Origin: Octopus bimaculoides
Taxonomy: Eukaryota
Length of the DNA stretch: 41,771 nt
NCBI RefSeq assembly: GCF_001194135.2
Contig: NC_069000.1
Span: 33,131,556-33,173,326 of the forward strand
Direction: 5' to 3'
This document shows, piece after piece, positions 23,605-36,210 of this stretch. Under the pieces are notes generated by a model. That model saw only the letters and a list, made by a program, of their open reading frames with translations. It was not told the DNA's origin and searched no databases. A program made the translations under genes and the position numbers. Every line of letters begins with the position of its first letter. Within the stretch, counting starts at the first letter, position 1.

Positions 23605-24158
23605 ATATATATATATTTAAAATTCAAATAAGCTATGATTGTCTATAAAAATGATGATAAGGTGGACTGCAAACGTAATTCAAATACGCAAAATATATAA
23701 TAAAAAGCCAGGGTACAATATGCACCTGTTTGCTTGAAAGAGGAGTTGAAACCCTCCAAAACTAAACATCTCTCACTATATATAAACACGCACTCCTCTT
23801 TCAAGCAAACAGGCACATATTGTACCCTGACTGATATATGTATATATATATATATACATAAATACGAGTGAAAGGCACTCAACCAATGTATTGGGAGTTA
23901 CATGTATTGATCAAAGCAGAAACTGTTTTGTTCCATATATATGTGTGTGTGTGTGCGTGTGTGTGTGTCTATGCATATTTATACATCTATATATATATAT
24001 GTATATATTTATATAAAAATACATATATGTATACATATATATNNNNNNNNNNNNNNNNNNNNNNNNNNNNNNNNNNNNNNNNNNNNNNNNNNNNNNNNNN
24101 NNNNNNNNNNNNNNNNNNNNNNNNNNNNNNNNNNNNNNNNNNNNNNNNNNNNNNNNNN

Positions 24159-24189
<31 letters not shown>

Positions 24190-24199
24190 TATTTTATTA

Positions 24200-24632
24200 T
24201 ATTATAATCTCAAACTCTCCGGTTTAAAATTACGTCCAGTTGTTTCAAGGCAAACATTAAAAACCCAAAAATAAAGCAACTTAATTGACAAAATTTAGAA
24301 ACCATCGTCCAAAGTTTTCCTAGTTTCATTGGAGATGATATGAATTTTCTGAACTATGATCTAGAAAGAGTGAACATAGAATGACCCTGGTCAATTACAC
24401 AAATATCACCCAAGGAGTAGGACTAGAAACACTAGAATAGTAGATAGAAAAATACCTACACAGAATTCAACAAATTTCTAAAAGGTTATATATTTGAAGG
24501 ATTTTGATTGGTGTTAGAAAGGAACTAACTCTTTGATAATCGCTATTAACTTCAAATACAAAGGACGACAATGGTTACGAAAGTTACACCAGCATTTGCA
24601 ATACATGTAATAGGTTTCCTTGAGGAACTGAG
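24200..24632 (+). mobile_element. Penelope-like element, decayed reverse-transcriptase fragment
   Basis: GLKLRPVVS...SNLIDKI*KP, PSFIGDDMNFLNY, TNITQGVGLETLE and LQIQRTTMVTKVTPAFAIHVIGFLEE (a decayed Q-x-x-GTAMGTK-x-AP motif). It stops before the YIDD motif. Confidence 0.8.
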
Positions 24633-24636
24633 CTTT

Positions 24637-24674
24637 TTGTCGGATGTGTAATTGATTCCGCCAGCTCGCCGCCA
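24637..24674 (-). mobile_element. SINE family B, head only
   Basis: rc GGCGGCGAGCTGGCGGAATC. Confidence 0.6.
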
Positions 24675-25659
24675 TATTTGATTGATGTAACTCTCCCAAT
24701 AAACATGTCACATACATCGTAACACTCACTCCCACATATCTATGCAAATCAGAACTAATTTCAGTCTCCCTTTTGTCTTCATAAGGACCTTATATTGGCC
24801 AAAATATTTTAATGTGCAAATATTTGTATTATGTTGCCTTTATTTCTAACTTGCATTGTTGTGGCTTTCTTTAACAATACAATCATTTTCTGTCTTAGAC
24901 TCACAGAAAACCCCGTCGCTTACACCCCCCCCCACATACACACACAAGCACACACACGCACATACACACAGTCACATACATACATACACGCATAGAGACA
25001 GATAATCAGAGAGGGAATGTAAGGGAGAAAGAGAGAAAGAAACTGAAAGGAAATTTAAAATAAATTCTAAACACGAAACAAGATACATAGATAAACAACC
25101 GAAAATAGTTTTATTTCTATTTAAAATAATGAAATAGATTTAAAGTCAGTTTTAGATTGTTGTTATTGTTGTTGTTATTTCTGAAATTTATGTGGCGGTG
25201 GAATATCACATAAATAAATGTCTAATTTGAAGAAAATTAATTTTAAAAATAATAATAATAACGGACAATAGAAGGATTTTTATAAAAGAGAATAATGACT
25301 GAAAATTAGAAAAAATACGGATGTAAGTTAATCCGAATATGTAAAAAGAAATAACTAGATAACATAAGGTTTTCATTTTAGTCTAAGACTAGCAGATTTC
25401 TATGTTTTTCATTGGAATATAATTGACTAAAGATGTTTGATTTTTTTTTTGTTACATTGTGTAGTGAGTATAGGGATAAGTACATTTATAACCAGACGCA
25501 TTAACATACGTGTGTGTGCGTGTGTATCTGTGTGTGTATGTTGTGTGTGTGTGTGAGTTTTTTACGAGAGAGAGTGTAAGCAATGCTATATCATTAGATG
25601 TATTTCCCCTTAAGTTACGACTTGGTGAAGTAAAACAATGTACGCATGTATGCGTCTGT

Positions 25660-25783
<124 letters not shown>

Positions 25784-26164
25784 TTTGTTAGTGTAAAAAA
25801 ATAGAATAAGGAATGGGTGTTGTTATTGTTTCGTTATTTGCATCAAGCTCTTGAATGAATCTAAAGCTAACGAGAGATTCCAAGCTAAGGAGGTGGTGGT
25901 GGAATGATGTAAGCCAACGGGAATATCCCTTAGTGGTCACACATCCTGCTAGAAATAACAACCAAATTCCCTTCAAATCGATTTTTTCTGTGTTTATAAA
26001 AGACGGGCACACACTGGATAATCTGGTTGTAGATATGATATGTCAGAAGAAAGCGAAGCATGATGGTCATGGACTCCACGTCTTTACGTATACGACTGCT
26101 GGATACAATAAGCGATAATATGGATGTAAAGAAAAATAGTCAACAATAACAAGCATGATTATTT

Positions 26165-26368
26165 CAAATTTTGGCCGAAAGTCAGCGACTTTCGTACGAA
26201 TGGTCAAGCCGATTAAATCAACACACTGCTCAACTATTACTTTATTTTATCGATCCCAAAAAGAATGAAATGCAACGTTGACTTGATCGTAAACTCCGAA
26301 CGTAAAGAATCAGAAAAAAGTTTCCTAACCATTTTTACCGACGCAGTAATTTTTCTGCTAGATCGCCA
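26165..26368 (-). mobile_element. SINE family B, degenerate
   Basis: ccgattaaatcaac...tactttattttatcgatcccaaaaagaatgaaatgcaacgttgac...ttctgctagatcgccac. Confidence 0.65.
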
Positions 26369-26564
26369 CAGCTACTCCTTTGGTGCTTATAGTAGGGTGG
26401 ACTCTATTGCAAGAAATCAAAGCATATCCAGTCTGCCATGCCTAGATTCACTACTAGCCAATGTAATGACCTACCGATCGCAGATTTTTTCCAACGTTTC
26501 CTCCACCATTCATGGAGACTCTCTAAAAAATCAAGGGCCTGCTCTTAATTATTAAAAGAATTCT

Positions 26565-26778
26565 ATTCTTCTATTCTTTTACTTGTTTCAGTCATTAGAT
26601 TGCGGCATGCTGCGGGACCGCCTTAGAGAATTTTAGTCGAGCGAATCGATTCCAGAACTTATTCTGCTATGCCTGGTACTTATTCTATCGGTCACTTTTG
26701 CCGAACCACCAAGTTACAGGAACTATAGACACATCAGCACATGTTGTCAAGCGGTAATGGGGGACAAACACCGACAGA
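26565..26778 (-). mobile_element. SINE family A, 3' half
   Basis: cttgtttcagtcattagattgcggcatgctgcgggaccgcc...tacttattctatcggtcacttttgccgaacc. Confidence 0.85.
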
Positions 26779-26904
26779 ATCTTTAAGGTTCCAAATTAGC
26801 TTACGACTATATTTAAAAGTTGAAAGATGGTTCGCGATACGGCATTTCACCTCCATAGACGATAATTCAATATATTTCTCGTTTATTTAGCTGTATAAGT
26901 GCCA

Positions 26905-27350
26905 CATAGATCTAATGAATGCTCATGTATAGAAAAATCAAAATGCCCATCGATGAACCTCTGTATGAGTACGAATCTTACATATAAATGTACCGTACAC
27001 ACAAGGCAAAGGCCGAACGTTTACAATGGACAACGGCTGACTCATTCAAGAATCGTTATCGCGACCATGTCGCCAGCTTCACGAGAATCAACAAGAGCAT
27101 TCAACATCTTTGGCTGATTTTGTGTAGAGAGTGAAGGAAGATAAAATTAAGTATAACATAACTTGGTCCTTAGTAAGGCACACAAAACCAAATAATATCA
27201 TTTCCAGATGCCGACTCTGCTCTGAGGAAACCCTGTTTATTTCGTGGACCAATGAGAAGATCATTAATAGATTTTCTGGAAAACTGAAGATGCTTACTAT
27301 CCTATAAATGCACTTTCGCACAATGCAGTAGGAACAAATTTGAGTAACAG
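26905..27350 (+). mobile_element. Penelope-like element, decayed GIY-YIG endonuclease C-terminal fragment
   Basis: ECSCIEKSKCPSMNLCMSTNLTYKCTV...NVYNG, TTADSFKNRYRDHVASF, KIKYNITWSLVRH and SRCRLCSEETLFI match PLE EN patterns (CxC..CP..C, YIG-x-T, FK-x-R-x-x-x-H, C-x-x-C-x-x-EK). Confidence 0.82.
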
Positions 27351-27699
27351 TTAACCAAATTAATAATCATAATTTACCTTAAGGTATGGATGAATTAAAT
27401 TTAACTATAGCCTTCCCATACTTATAAACAATAAGTAGCTATATAATTCGTTGTGTGAGCGTATGTGTGCCAAACCACGCGTGTACGTATGCTTATATCT
27501 TCGTGGATTGGATGCTTGTATGAGCGGGTGTACGTACACCATACAATATAAGCCAGGGCATTCATATATCCATATCTGTTAACGGTTATATTTAATACAT
27601 TTTTTCGCTGTATTGTGTATTCGTTACTTTTTGCGTCTGTTATTTATTATTGGTCTTATATAAAAAATAAAGTTGTATCCTTTAATTTGCTGCTTTTCT

Positions 27700-27991
27700 A
27701 TACACAAACCGAGAAGATATCTTGTGGTACAGTCGTTATTTTAACGATATATATATATTTCTAATCACCTTAAGAGACACATCTACACCGTCGGATACAC
27801 CTAAACCAGTTGTTAAATATACTACCCGTGAGAGATCGATGTTAGATGAGTCGAAACAATTGTAGTGAATAATATACAGTCTCGTATCTTCCAGCTTCCG
27901 TCCTTTTCATTATCCAAATTCCCGACGAAAGTGAACGTGCTGTACAGGTAAGCTACCAAGTGTATAACGTACGATTTATTAATATATATAT
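27700..27991 (+). repeat. Probable Penelope-type terminal (pLTR-like) repeat with decayed hammerhead-like core and a splice donor
   Basis: Contains cgtgagagatcgat...gagtcgaaac (decayed CTGANGA...GAAAC) and a CAG|GTAAGC donor before (AT)n. It lies about 400 bp downstream of the PLE EN fragment. Confidence 0.35.
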
Positions 27992-28683
27992 NNNNNNNNN
28001 NNNNNNNNNNNNNNNNNNNNNNNNNNNNNNNNNNNNNNNNNNNNNNNNNNNNNNNNNNNNNNNNNNNNNNNNNNNNNNNNNNNNNNNNNNNNNNNNNNNN
28101 NNNNNNNNNNTATATATATGGTGTCCAAGAATTCATAGGAACGAGGTTAGGCCTCATAGAATAAAGAACTAAAATTTACAAGTCAATAAGTTTAATCTAT
28201 AAATAAAATAAGCTTTCCTTCACCTAAAGACAACATCGGGTACTGGCAGTGTTGTGTGATAAAGCGAAGTAAATTGCCGTATAGTGTGCTTCTCAACAGA
28301 TTCAAGCCCTTCGGGCAAAACGAACTGTTTTTTTGGGGCTCAATTTTATGTATGTGTATCACTATTTATATATGTATATACATACATCGCAAACCATACA
28401 TACATACATAATACACACACATATGTATACACGCACTCATATACACACACTCACAACTTTATTGCTGATAAGTTTCCTCGTCCTGTATTTTGTTAACCTT
28501 TATATTGTGCTAATTAAACTATTTCTATTCCCCTATTTTTATCTTTCGTGTTCTCATATCTATCTACTAACTACGTACACTCTTTACCTTTAGTCACACT
28601 ATATACTCGCACACATATGTATATACTCGTATATTTATTGCTTTCAGCCATCTATGTCACTCTGTTTCTCTCTCATTCTTTCC

Positions 28684-28715
<32 letters not shown>

Positions 28716-28770
28716 CTCTCTCTCTCTCTCTCTCTCACTCTCTCTTCCTGCCTCTTTCTTTCTTTCTCTT

Positions 28771-28814
<44 letters not shown>

Positions 28815-28834
28815 TGTGAGCGCGTGTATGTATA

Positions 28835-29753
28835 CACGAGGGGGTACCCAAATGTAACCGGAAACGTTCTCTGTGGGACAAGCCCATCGTGGTTCGGGCT
28901 TCCGCCGCTTGAAGCCACTTGATGCAACCCTCAGGTATCTGTCTGCCGACCGGCGTTTTCGTGTGTCGAGTCGTATTGCCACGTGGTGCATCATTGATTT
29001 GCAGTGCTTCTCCTATGTTCGTCGATTTATGCGATGGCTGAAACGAAGAAATAGAATGTTTCCGTCAAATTCTGTTTTCTACTGGGGAAAAACGACGGCG
29101 GAAACAGTCGTCATGCTTCAAGCAGCTTACAAGGATGCTACCATGCGTAAGACACAAATTTACGAGTGGTTTACACGCTTTAGGAATGGTCACTTATCGC
29201 TCGAAGACCAATCTCGTTCAGGGTGACCGTTAACCTCCCGAACCAATGAAAACATCATGAAAATTCATGAACTGATCTTGGAAGACCATCACTGAACAAT
29301 CGACGAAAGTTTTGATATGATTAGTGTGTCCCGGGGCTCCTGTCAACGACTTTTGCGCAAGGAATTGTGAATGAAAACAGTTACAGCATAATTTGTGCCT
29401 CGGCTGCTCACGGAACTTCAAAAGCACTCACAACTGAATGCATATCTTGAACTGAAAGAACAGTTGGAAGTTGATCCAGACCTTGTTTCGAAGAGCATAA
29501 CTGGTGATGAAAACTGGTGACGAAAGCTGCTGCTACGGAATTTGCTGATGTGGAAGAGGTGAAGAAGAAACGACGGAGGCGTTAAAAGGTATCACTTCGC
29601 AAGAGTTCCAACACTGCTTCGAATAGTGGAAAATGGAACGATAAATTCTTTCAAACGGAGAATACTTTGAAGGCAATAAAAGTGCAAATATGTAAAACTG
29701 AGTGAATAAAATAATATTGCAAAATTCCGGTTTCTTTTGGGTACCTTCTCGTA
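28835..29753 (+). mobile_element. Internally deleted mariner (irritans-like) with both 29-bp TIRs and TA target duplication
   Basis: Left TIR CACGAGGGGGTACCCAAATGTAACCGGAA (28835-28863) matches the rc of the right TIR, TACGAGAAGGTACCCAAAAGAAACCGGAA (29725-29753), at 24/29. TA lies on both sides. Translation gives GKTTAETVVMLQAAYKDATMRKTQIYEWFTRFRNG (HTH), FVPRLL and ITGDENW, then jumps to the C-terminus FADVEEVKK...GEYFEG. Confidence 0.95.
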
Positions 29754-29880
29754 TATACAGAATATATATCCACATATATATATGTGTATATATATATATA
29801 TACACACACACGTACAGAGACACATTTATATACATACCTACACATATATCTAGGTTTTTGTTTCGTATGTGCGTGTGTGC

Positions 29881-29929
<49 letters not shown>

Positions 29930-30042
29930 TGTGTGTGTGTACAGGTAGTAAGGATTGCTAGGAATTCGCAAATCTGTCATCACCGTTGCGACCTACAACG
30001 CCTCTTTAGCCCTGGTTATCAGCTTACACTTTAACAGATGCC

Positions 30043-30095
30043 ATGATTTGGGCGGTTTTCTTGTTATCTTCATTTATTGCAACTTCTTGTCTAAG
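30043..30095 (+). CDS. Candidate first coding exon: signal-peptide-like MIWAVFLLSSFIATSCL(AG)
   Basis: Kozak-like GCCATGA; in-frame upstream stop at 30007-30009; possible acceptors TTTAG at 30009 or AACAG at 30037; donor AAG|GTAACA at 30096 (phase 2); hydrophobic core. No homology support. Confidence 0.38.
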
Positions 30096-30179
30096 GTAAC
30101 ATTTTGCTCCATTAACGCATACATCGTTCTTGGCCACTTCCAACACCTTAGAAAATGATACAACTTTCTTGATTTCACC

Positions 30180-30375
30180 CTCTCTCTCTTACTCTCTCTT
30201 TCTTTCACAATACTCTGTCTCCTACTGTCTGTCTGTCTGTCTGTCTCTCTTTTTCTTTCTCTATCTCTCTTTATCTCTCTCTCACCCTCTCCCTCTTTCT
30301 CACTAGTCTGTTTCCCCCTCCTTATCTGTATCTCAGTTTCTTTCTCACTACTTAGTCTCTCTCTCCCTCACTGCT

Positions 30376-30420
<45 letters not shown>

Positions 30421-30449
30421 ACTTCTCAGTCTCTCTCTCTCTCACTGCT

Positions 30450-30538
<89 letters not shown>

Positions 30539-30545
30539 TCCCTGC
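30180..30545. repeat. (CT)n-rich polypyrimidine tract
   Basis: Read directly. Confidence 0.92.
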
Positions 30546-30599
30546 TTTTTCATTACCCTTCCCACTCAGTCTTTCCTACATCCTCATTATACTAACAAA

Positions 30600-31209
30600 T
30601 CATATGAATGACCTGTGGACGACTATTCGGAACTAACAGTCCTTACCTAAGTAAGGAGGTAAGGGAACGAGAGCGAGAGAGTATTAAACAGAATCCGGGC
30701 ACGTCAACTCGATGTCGGTCCAGACAGCTTGAGATTTCACAAACTTCGCTGCAAAGAGTTATCTGCAGTCTTAACCTTTTCCCATACAAAGTACAATTGG
30801 TTCAACAGCTGAAGTCCCAGGACTAAGAACACTGGCTCCAATATGCTGTCCGAATCCTGGAATTGGCACGAAATGACCCAATGTTTACATAAAAATTGAT
30901 CATGTTTGATGAAGCTCACATTTATTTAGATGGGTTCATCAACAGACAGAATTGCCGATTTGGGATCTCTGAGAATTCGAGAGCACTTCTCCAAAGAGAA
31001 TTGCCTACATAAAGTGTGAAGCTGAAAATGGATGCCATTTAAAATATGTCATTTTTTCATACGTAATGCAGAGGTATGATGAAAAAGAACTAGTGCAAAT
31101 TAATCTCCATTATTTTCTCTACATTGAATTAAAATGTCATATACCCATTTGTAAAAATAAGGGAGTTATTAAAAATTAAAGACCCCTCAGTGACTTCTGG
31201 GTGCCCCTG
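30600..31209 (+). mobile_element. Decayed Tc1/mariner, rosa (DD41D)/maT-like fragment with right TIR
   Basis: SIKQNPGTSTRCRSRQLEISQTSLQRVICSLNLFPYKVQLVQQLK and IMFDEAHIYLDGFINRQNCR. The right end reads rc TA-CAGGGGCACCCAGAAGTCACTG. Confidence 0.82.
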
Positions 31210-32436
31210 TATATACACTCATTTTTATACAAATCTGTGTCCTTTGACGACTGGAGATGAGATCGCACAATTACCCTGAGGACGGGTGTAAAGCGATCAT
31301 CACGTATCCATAAGCCTGTCTTTTTCCTTTAAGGCATGTTAATTTGGAGAAATTCTTGGTTCTTAAGTTTATCTCCCCTTTTAACGTGGAGTTGCTCATA
31401 ATCGCCTCTTTTTGATTATGATACATGCCCTAGAGACGAAAATAATTTTAATAAACCAAAACTTTTTGCTGTATGATATATCAAATAACTGTATTTGTAT
31501 ATGTTGATCAAATACGTGTCACAGGCCACCCTGAGTTCTTCCTCTTCGCTCATTTTCCTATATGTGTCTGTGTGTATTTACAAAGTTATGGGAATTTTTC
31601 TTCATTTTCGTCATTAAATTCCAAGCCGTAGTCAGTTGTCATCTTGGTGACCATTGAAATATTTCAATGAAGCGTAAATGAAAAGTAAAAGAAAAAAGAT
31701 TATTATTTAATCATCCGTTCAAAGACCCTGTTATTATCCTATTAAAAATCCATTAAAACTCTATATAAGACACAGATAGTTAAGTTCACATCTCAGGCAA
31801 ACCCGCATTTTATATACTACACCCAGTATGGTCTTTTGTCAGTAAACGCCTCATTTAACTCACACACCATGTCACATCAATTTTCTAAACACATACTGAA
31901 AGAATTTAGCGAAAATAATAATAATGAGAAGGAGGAGGAGGAGGAGGAGGGGAAGGAGATGTTGTTTCTTGATGGTTCTTAACATAGGCACAAGGACGCG
32001 TATTTTGCTTCACAAACCATGTAACAAGTTGAAGACAAGAGTCATAAGATGCCTGTTCATATGCGTGAGTTCACGCTTTGTTAAGATACCCTAAGATAAC
32101 ACCAATTTGCTTTTTAAGCACAATTTAAGAACACAATACTGTATCAAAATTATCGCATATTTGTTTCCACCAAAACATTTCGACGAAAATGATTTTATTA
32201 TTTTTATCTTTTATCTACATATTTTACTTCTCACGTTTGCTTTTAGGGTTTTTTTTTTTTTCTTGTTTAATGAAGCCAAAATTCGAGAAAATTCGAAGGC
32301 TTTTCCAATAAAATTTTAATAAATATTATACTCAAATCACCAGCTGAATCCTTTATTCAATTTTTGTTGTTTATATGCATTTCAAAACATGTTTTTTTAA
32401 TCGATATATGCCGTGGACAACGACGTTTCTATAATA

Positions 32437-32570
32437 TAGACGCAAGGCCGGAAGTTTTGTGGAGAGGCGACAACCGATTAAATCAACCCAAATATTTGAC
32501 TGGTACTTTATATTAATGCTCCCCCCACCCCCACCCCGAGAAATGAAAGGGAAATTTCAACGTGGTGGGA
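32437..32570 (-). mobile_element. SINE family B, degenerate 3' part
   Basis: ccgattaaatcaacccaaatatttgactggtactttat...ccccgagaaatgaaaggg. Confidence 0.6.
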
Positions 32571-33452
32571 TATCAATTGAGAGGGAGAAACTGCAGGAAC
32601 AGACGCAAGATATTTTGCCGCTGCTGCATATCATATTAATGGTTTCTATTTTAGGAACAGACCTAATCAGTAATTTTGATGTACGATTGGCAGACTATAT
32701 AACTAACGTCAGTACTTGACTGGTACAATAGAAATAAAAGCTGTAAACTATTTTCTTCGGCGATCTAATGATCCCGCTAGCTCATCGGACTGCAATGTAA
32801 AACAACAGTAATAATGATATAATGAATATTTACCTTGGGCCTTCTCTTCTTTGATTGAGTTAAAACCGTGCAGTCATGATATACGGTGTCTTATGCAGTT
32901 TTAGACTTGGTGAAGTTCATCCCACTCCAGCTCCGATAGCAACCAGAATCGTACTTTGCAGTGATCACTTAAGATTATGTACAGCGAAGTTCAAACCCTT
33001 CTGGAATCAACTTTTCGTCCCGCCTTTCCGGGGATGCATGAAATAAACTATAAACCATATACTGAAGTCGATTTAATTGGCTATACCAATGCCACAAATG
33101 AACTTTCTTTAACACCCTTGAATTTTTTATGACATTTTCTTTAAGGGTATTCGATTATTATGCTTTGAGATACCAGGCATTCAGAAACTGCTAAATAAAT
33201 AAAATAAAATAAATAATATAAAATGTTTTATAATAAAAAAAATATTTAATTAAATTCTTTTTTAATCAGAAACTGACTAGCATAACGAAATGAAATTTAC
33301 ATTTGTACTATATAAATATAATTTGTTTACATTTGAAAGCATTAGCCGTTTCACATTCTGAAAATGTAGAATACATTAGCTTCAGTTCCAGGATGAAAAT
33401 GTAATTACATATTCTCTTTTATTTTATTTTATTTTATTTGGTATTTCATTCT

Positions 33453-33796
33453 GTGAAGGCGCGTGGCTCAGTGGTTAGAGCGTCGAGCTTACACGATCGT
33501 GAGGCTGAGTTCTATTCCCGGACAGGGCTGCGTGTTGTGTTCTTGAGCAAGACACTTTATTTCACGTTGCTCCAGTTCATTCAGCTGTAGAACTGCGTTT
33601 CGACATCACTGGTGCGAAGCTGTATCGGCCCCTTTGCTTTTCTCTTGGATAACATTGGTGGCGTGGAGAGGGGAGGCTGGCATGCATGGGCGACTGCTGG
33701 CCTCCCACAAACAACCTTGCCTGGACCTGTGCCTGGGAGGGTAACTTTGTAGGTGCAATCCCATTCATGACCGAAGGGGTCTCCTCTAACCCCTAT
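33453..33796 (+). mobile_element. SINE family D (tRNA head, CORE domain), full length with 11-bp TSD
   Basis: A-box TGGCTCAGTGG; decayed B-box GAGTTCTATTCCC; CORE-like TTCTTGAGCAAGACACTTTATTTCACGTTGCTCCAG. TATTTCATTCT is repeated at 33442-33452 and 33797-33807. Confidence 0.92.
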
Positions 33797-34239
33797 TATT
33801 TCATTCTAATTTAGAGTCTCAGAACATAAAAAATCAGAAACTGTTAAAAAAATAAAAAACAAAATTTTAAAAAATAAGAGTGGCTTTAAAAAAAATTCAC
33901 ACTAAAAATATAGGTATTGAGCTATGTTATGTCACCACTGTCAGAGTGAAACGTTGGCTCTAGTATGATCGGGAAAAAAATGGACGAATAGGTAGGAATC
34001 GAAAGTCACAATACTAACGGTTCTTCCTGGAGGAAGAATACACACAATTAGATGCAACCATTACTTGACTTGCACTCACATAATGTTCGACTCTGGAAAA
34101 ATGAGTGCTGACTCATTCTTAACAGGATTTGAACACAGGAACAGATTAAATAGTAGGTGAGATTTTGCTCGATACTCTAACAGCTGCCATAACTGATGCA
34201 TCTCAGCCAATAACCCAAAATAAGACTTTGAAGGCAAAA

Positions 34240-34632
34240 TAAGAAATTCTGACCCTGCAGTCATGCTGAGGTGCTGCCTTGAAGTGTTTCCTCGAACCAA
34301 TCGACGTCGGTACCTTTATTTTAAGTCTGGTATATATTTTATCGGTCGCTTTGGCCGAAGTAATGCTAAGTTATGGGGATGCAAACAAACCAACACCGGT
34401 TTTCAAACGGTTGTGGGTGGGGGATAAACACAACACAAACACATACATATATATATGTGTATGTGTGAGCGCGAGCGCACGATCCGCTTTTTTCAGTTCC
34501 CGTCTACTAAATCCACTGACAAAGCTTTGGGCGGCCCGGGTATATAAGAGGAAATACTTACTCAATGTACCATTCATTTGACTGAACAGTAAACCACATG
34601 GATGAGAAGCAAGCTTCGTAACCCCTCGGCCA
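34240..34632 (-). mobile_element. SINE family A, diverged full length
   Basis: tttcagttcccgtctactaaatccactgacaaagctttgggcggcccgg and the tail gcagtcatgctgaggtgctgcctt. Confidence 0.8.
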
Positions 34633-35022
34633 GTTCTCTGCAAATTGATAATTAAGCTCAATTACTGTATTAGGAGTTTAATACATCGAAATAGAGAAAT
34701 AGAATGGCGAACTATTAAATAGGATACGACAAAGATGAAGCATGTCAGCCTATGCTGCTGTTCAATTTAATTACTGCCATTTATTTCATTTAAAGTTAAT
34801 TGGATTGCGGAATTGTTTCGAGAATTGGATCGACCTTAAAAAGATATCAAGTTATTCATACGAGTTAAAGGCATTCATATTATGACATCATAAAGGGTTT
34901 TGTGTTGGGCTCTAAAATTTTGGAACCTTTAACACAAACACGTACACACGCACGCACACACACACACACATACACACACACACATACACACACACACATA
35001 CACACACACACATAAACACACG

Positions 35023-35058
<36 letters not shown>

Positions 35059-35325
35059 CAGGGTACAGTAAATGAATTGTCTAAATTACGTAAAAATGAA
35101 AATAACACTGACATCTCATTTTAACAGATATATTTACCAAAATTACATATATTTAAATACTAAAGAGTAAATTCATACAATAAAATCGCCATTGGCTTCA
35201 GCCACGGTCTCCAGAAAACTTCAGAATCTCCTGCAACTCTTCTAGATGATCTCCTTGTTTAAGTTGGTGAATGTTGCCATAATCTTTGCCTTCAGTTCAT
35301 CTTTGGTGTTGCAAGGAGTTGAAGA
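35059..35325 (-). mobile_element. Tc1/mariner maT (DD37D)-like transposase 3' end plus TIR
   Basis: The rc translates as TPCNTKDELKAKIMATFTNLNKEII*KSCRRF*SFLETVAEANGDFIV*. The terminus TA-CAGGGT sits in (TA)n. Confidence 0.78.
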
Positions 35326-35733
35326 ATATGAAGTTCTATACTTCTGAAAGATTCTGGAAGGTATAGCTCTTCAACTTCGGAATTAAAAGCTATACTAACA
35401 ACCAAACTGGATGTCACTGCATAATAACAAAGATCCTGTCTTCTTCATTTCGGATAAGTACCCAAAACTGCAACAGCTTGAGTTTCAGGGGACCACAACT
35501 GTTTAACATACTGCCAAATAACCTTAGAGATTTGCAAGGTGTATATGTGGAAACTTTCAAAAAGCACGAGGACAAATATCTATCTGAAATCCCGATGAAT
35601 CCACACGGCGGCAGGAGACACAGATAAGAGCAGCTCCGTCCAACTCGCTTCTTCACGAAAAGAAATACGGAAAGCCGCTGCTCCAGCATGGCACCAGCCT
35701 CTCGCTGAAACCAGTAAAAGGAAATAAAAGAAT
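35326..35733 (+). mobile_element. CR1-group LINE 3' end (post-RT C-terminus plus 3' UTR/tail)
   Basis: KILEGI...FGIKSYTNNQTGCHCII...NSLSFRGPQLFNILPNNLRDLQGVYVETFKKHEDKYLSEIP(DE) is a typical CR1/L2-group ORF2 end. Confidence 0.8.
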
Positions 35734-35784
35734 ATACATACAAACAGGGAGAAACTAAGACTAAAATATTTAGACAATGAACAT

Positions 35785-35923
35785 AGCGGTTCGGCAAAAA
35801 GAGACCGATAGAATAAGTACTAGGCTTACAAAGAATAAGTCCTGGGGTCGGTTTGTTCGACTAAAGGTGGTGCTACAGCATGGCCACAGTCAAATGACTG
35901 AAACAAGTAAAAGAGTAAAAGAG
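35785..35923 (+). mobile_element. SINE family A, 3' tail only
   Basis: gcggttcggcaaaaagagaccgatagaataagtactaggcttacaaagaataagtcctggggtcg...cagtcaaatgactgaaacaagtaaaagag. Confidence 0.9.
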
Positions 35924-36080
35924 TATATACATATAGATATTTATATAGATATCTATATATTAACAGTGCAAACCTAGACAGGGACGAAACACACAGAAAA
36001 CTAAGGGAGGTGTAAATTCAAATCACTTGAGCGGTACTGAATGTGTTCTGTATTGAGCATCTCTTGATCTCAACTGTTTA

Positions 36081-36169
36081 CTACACACACACACATACAC
36101 ACACACGCACACACGCGCACACATAAACACACACACACATACACATACAAACACACACATACATACATC

Positions 36170-36210
<41 letters not shown>

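Noticed and set aside
26905-27350. Selenocysteine-encoding Penelope (Naiad-type) endonuclease
   Set aside because: The conserved Cys positions use TGC/TGT. The visible stop is a TAG at a Trp-like position, which is ordinary decay.
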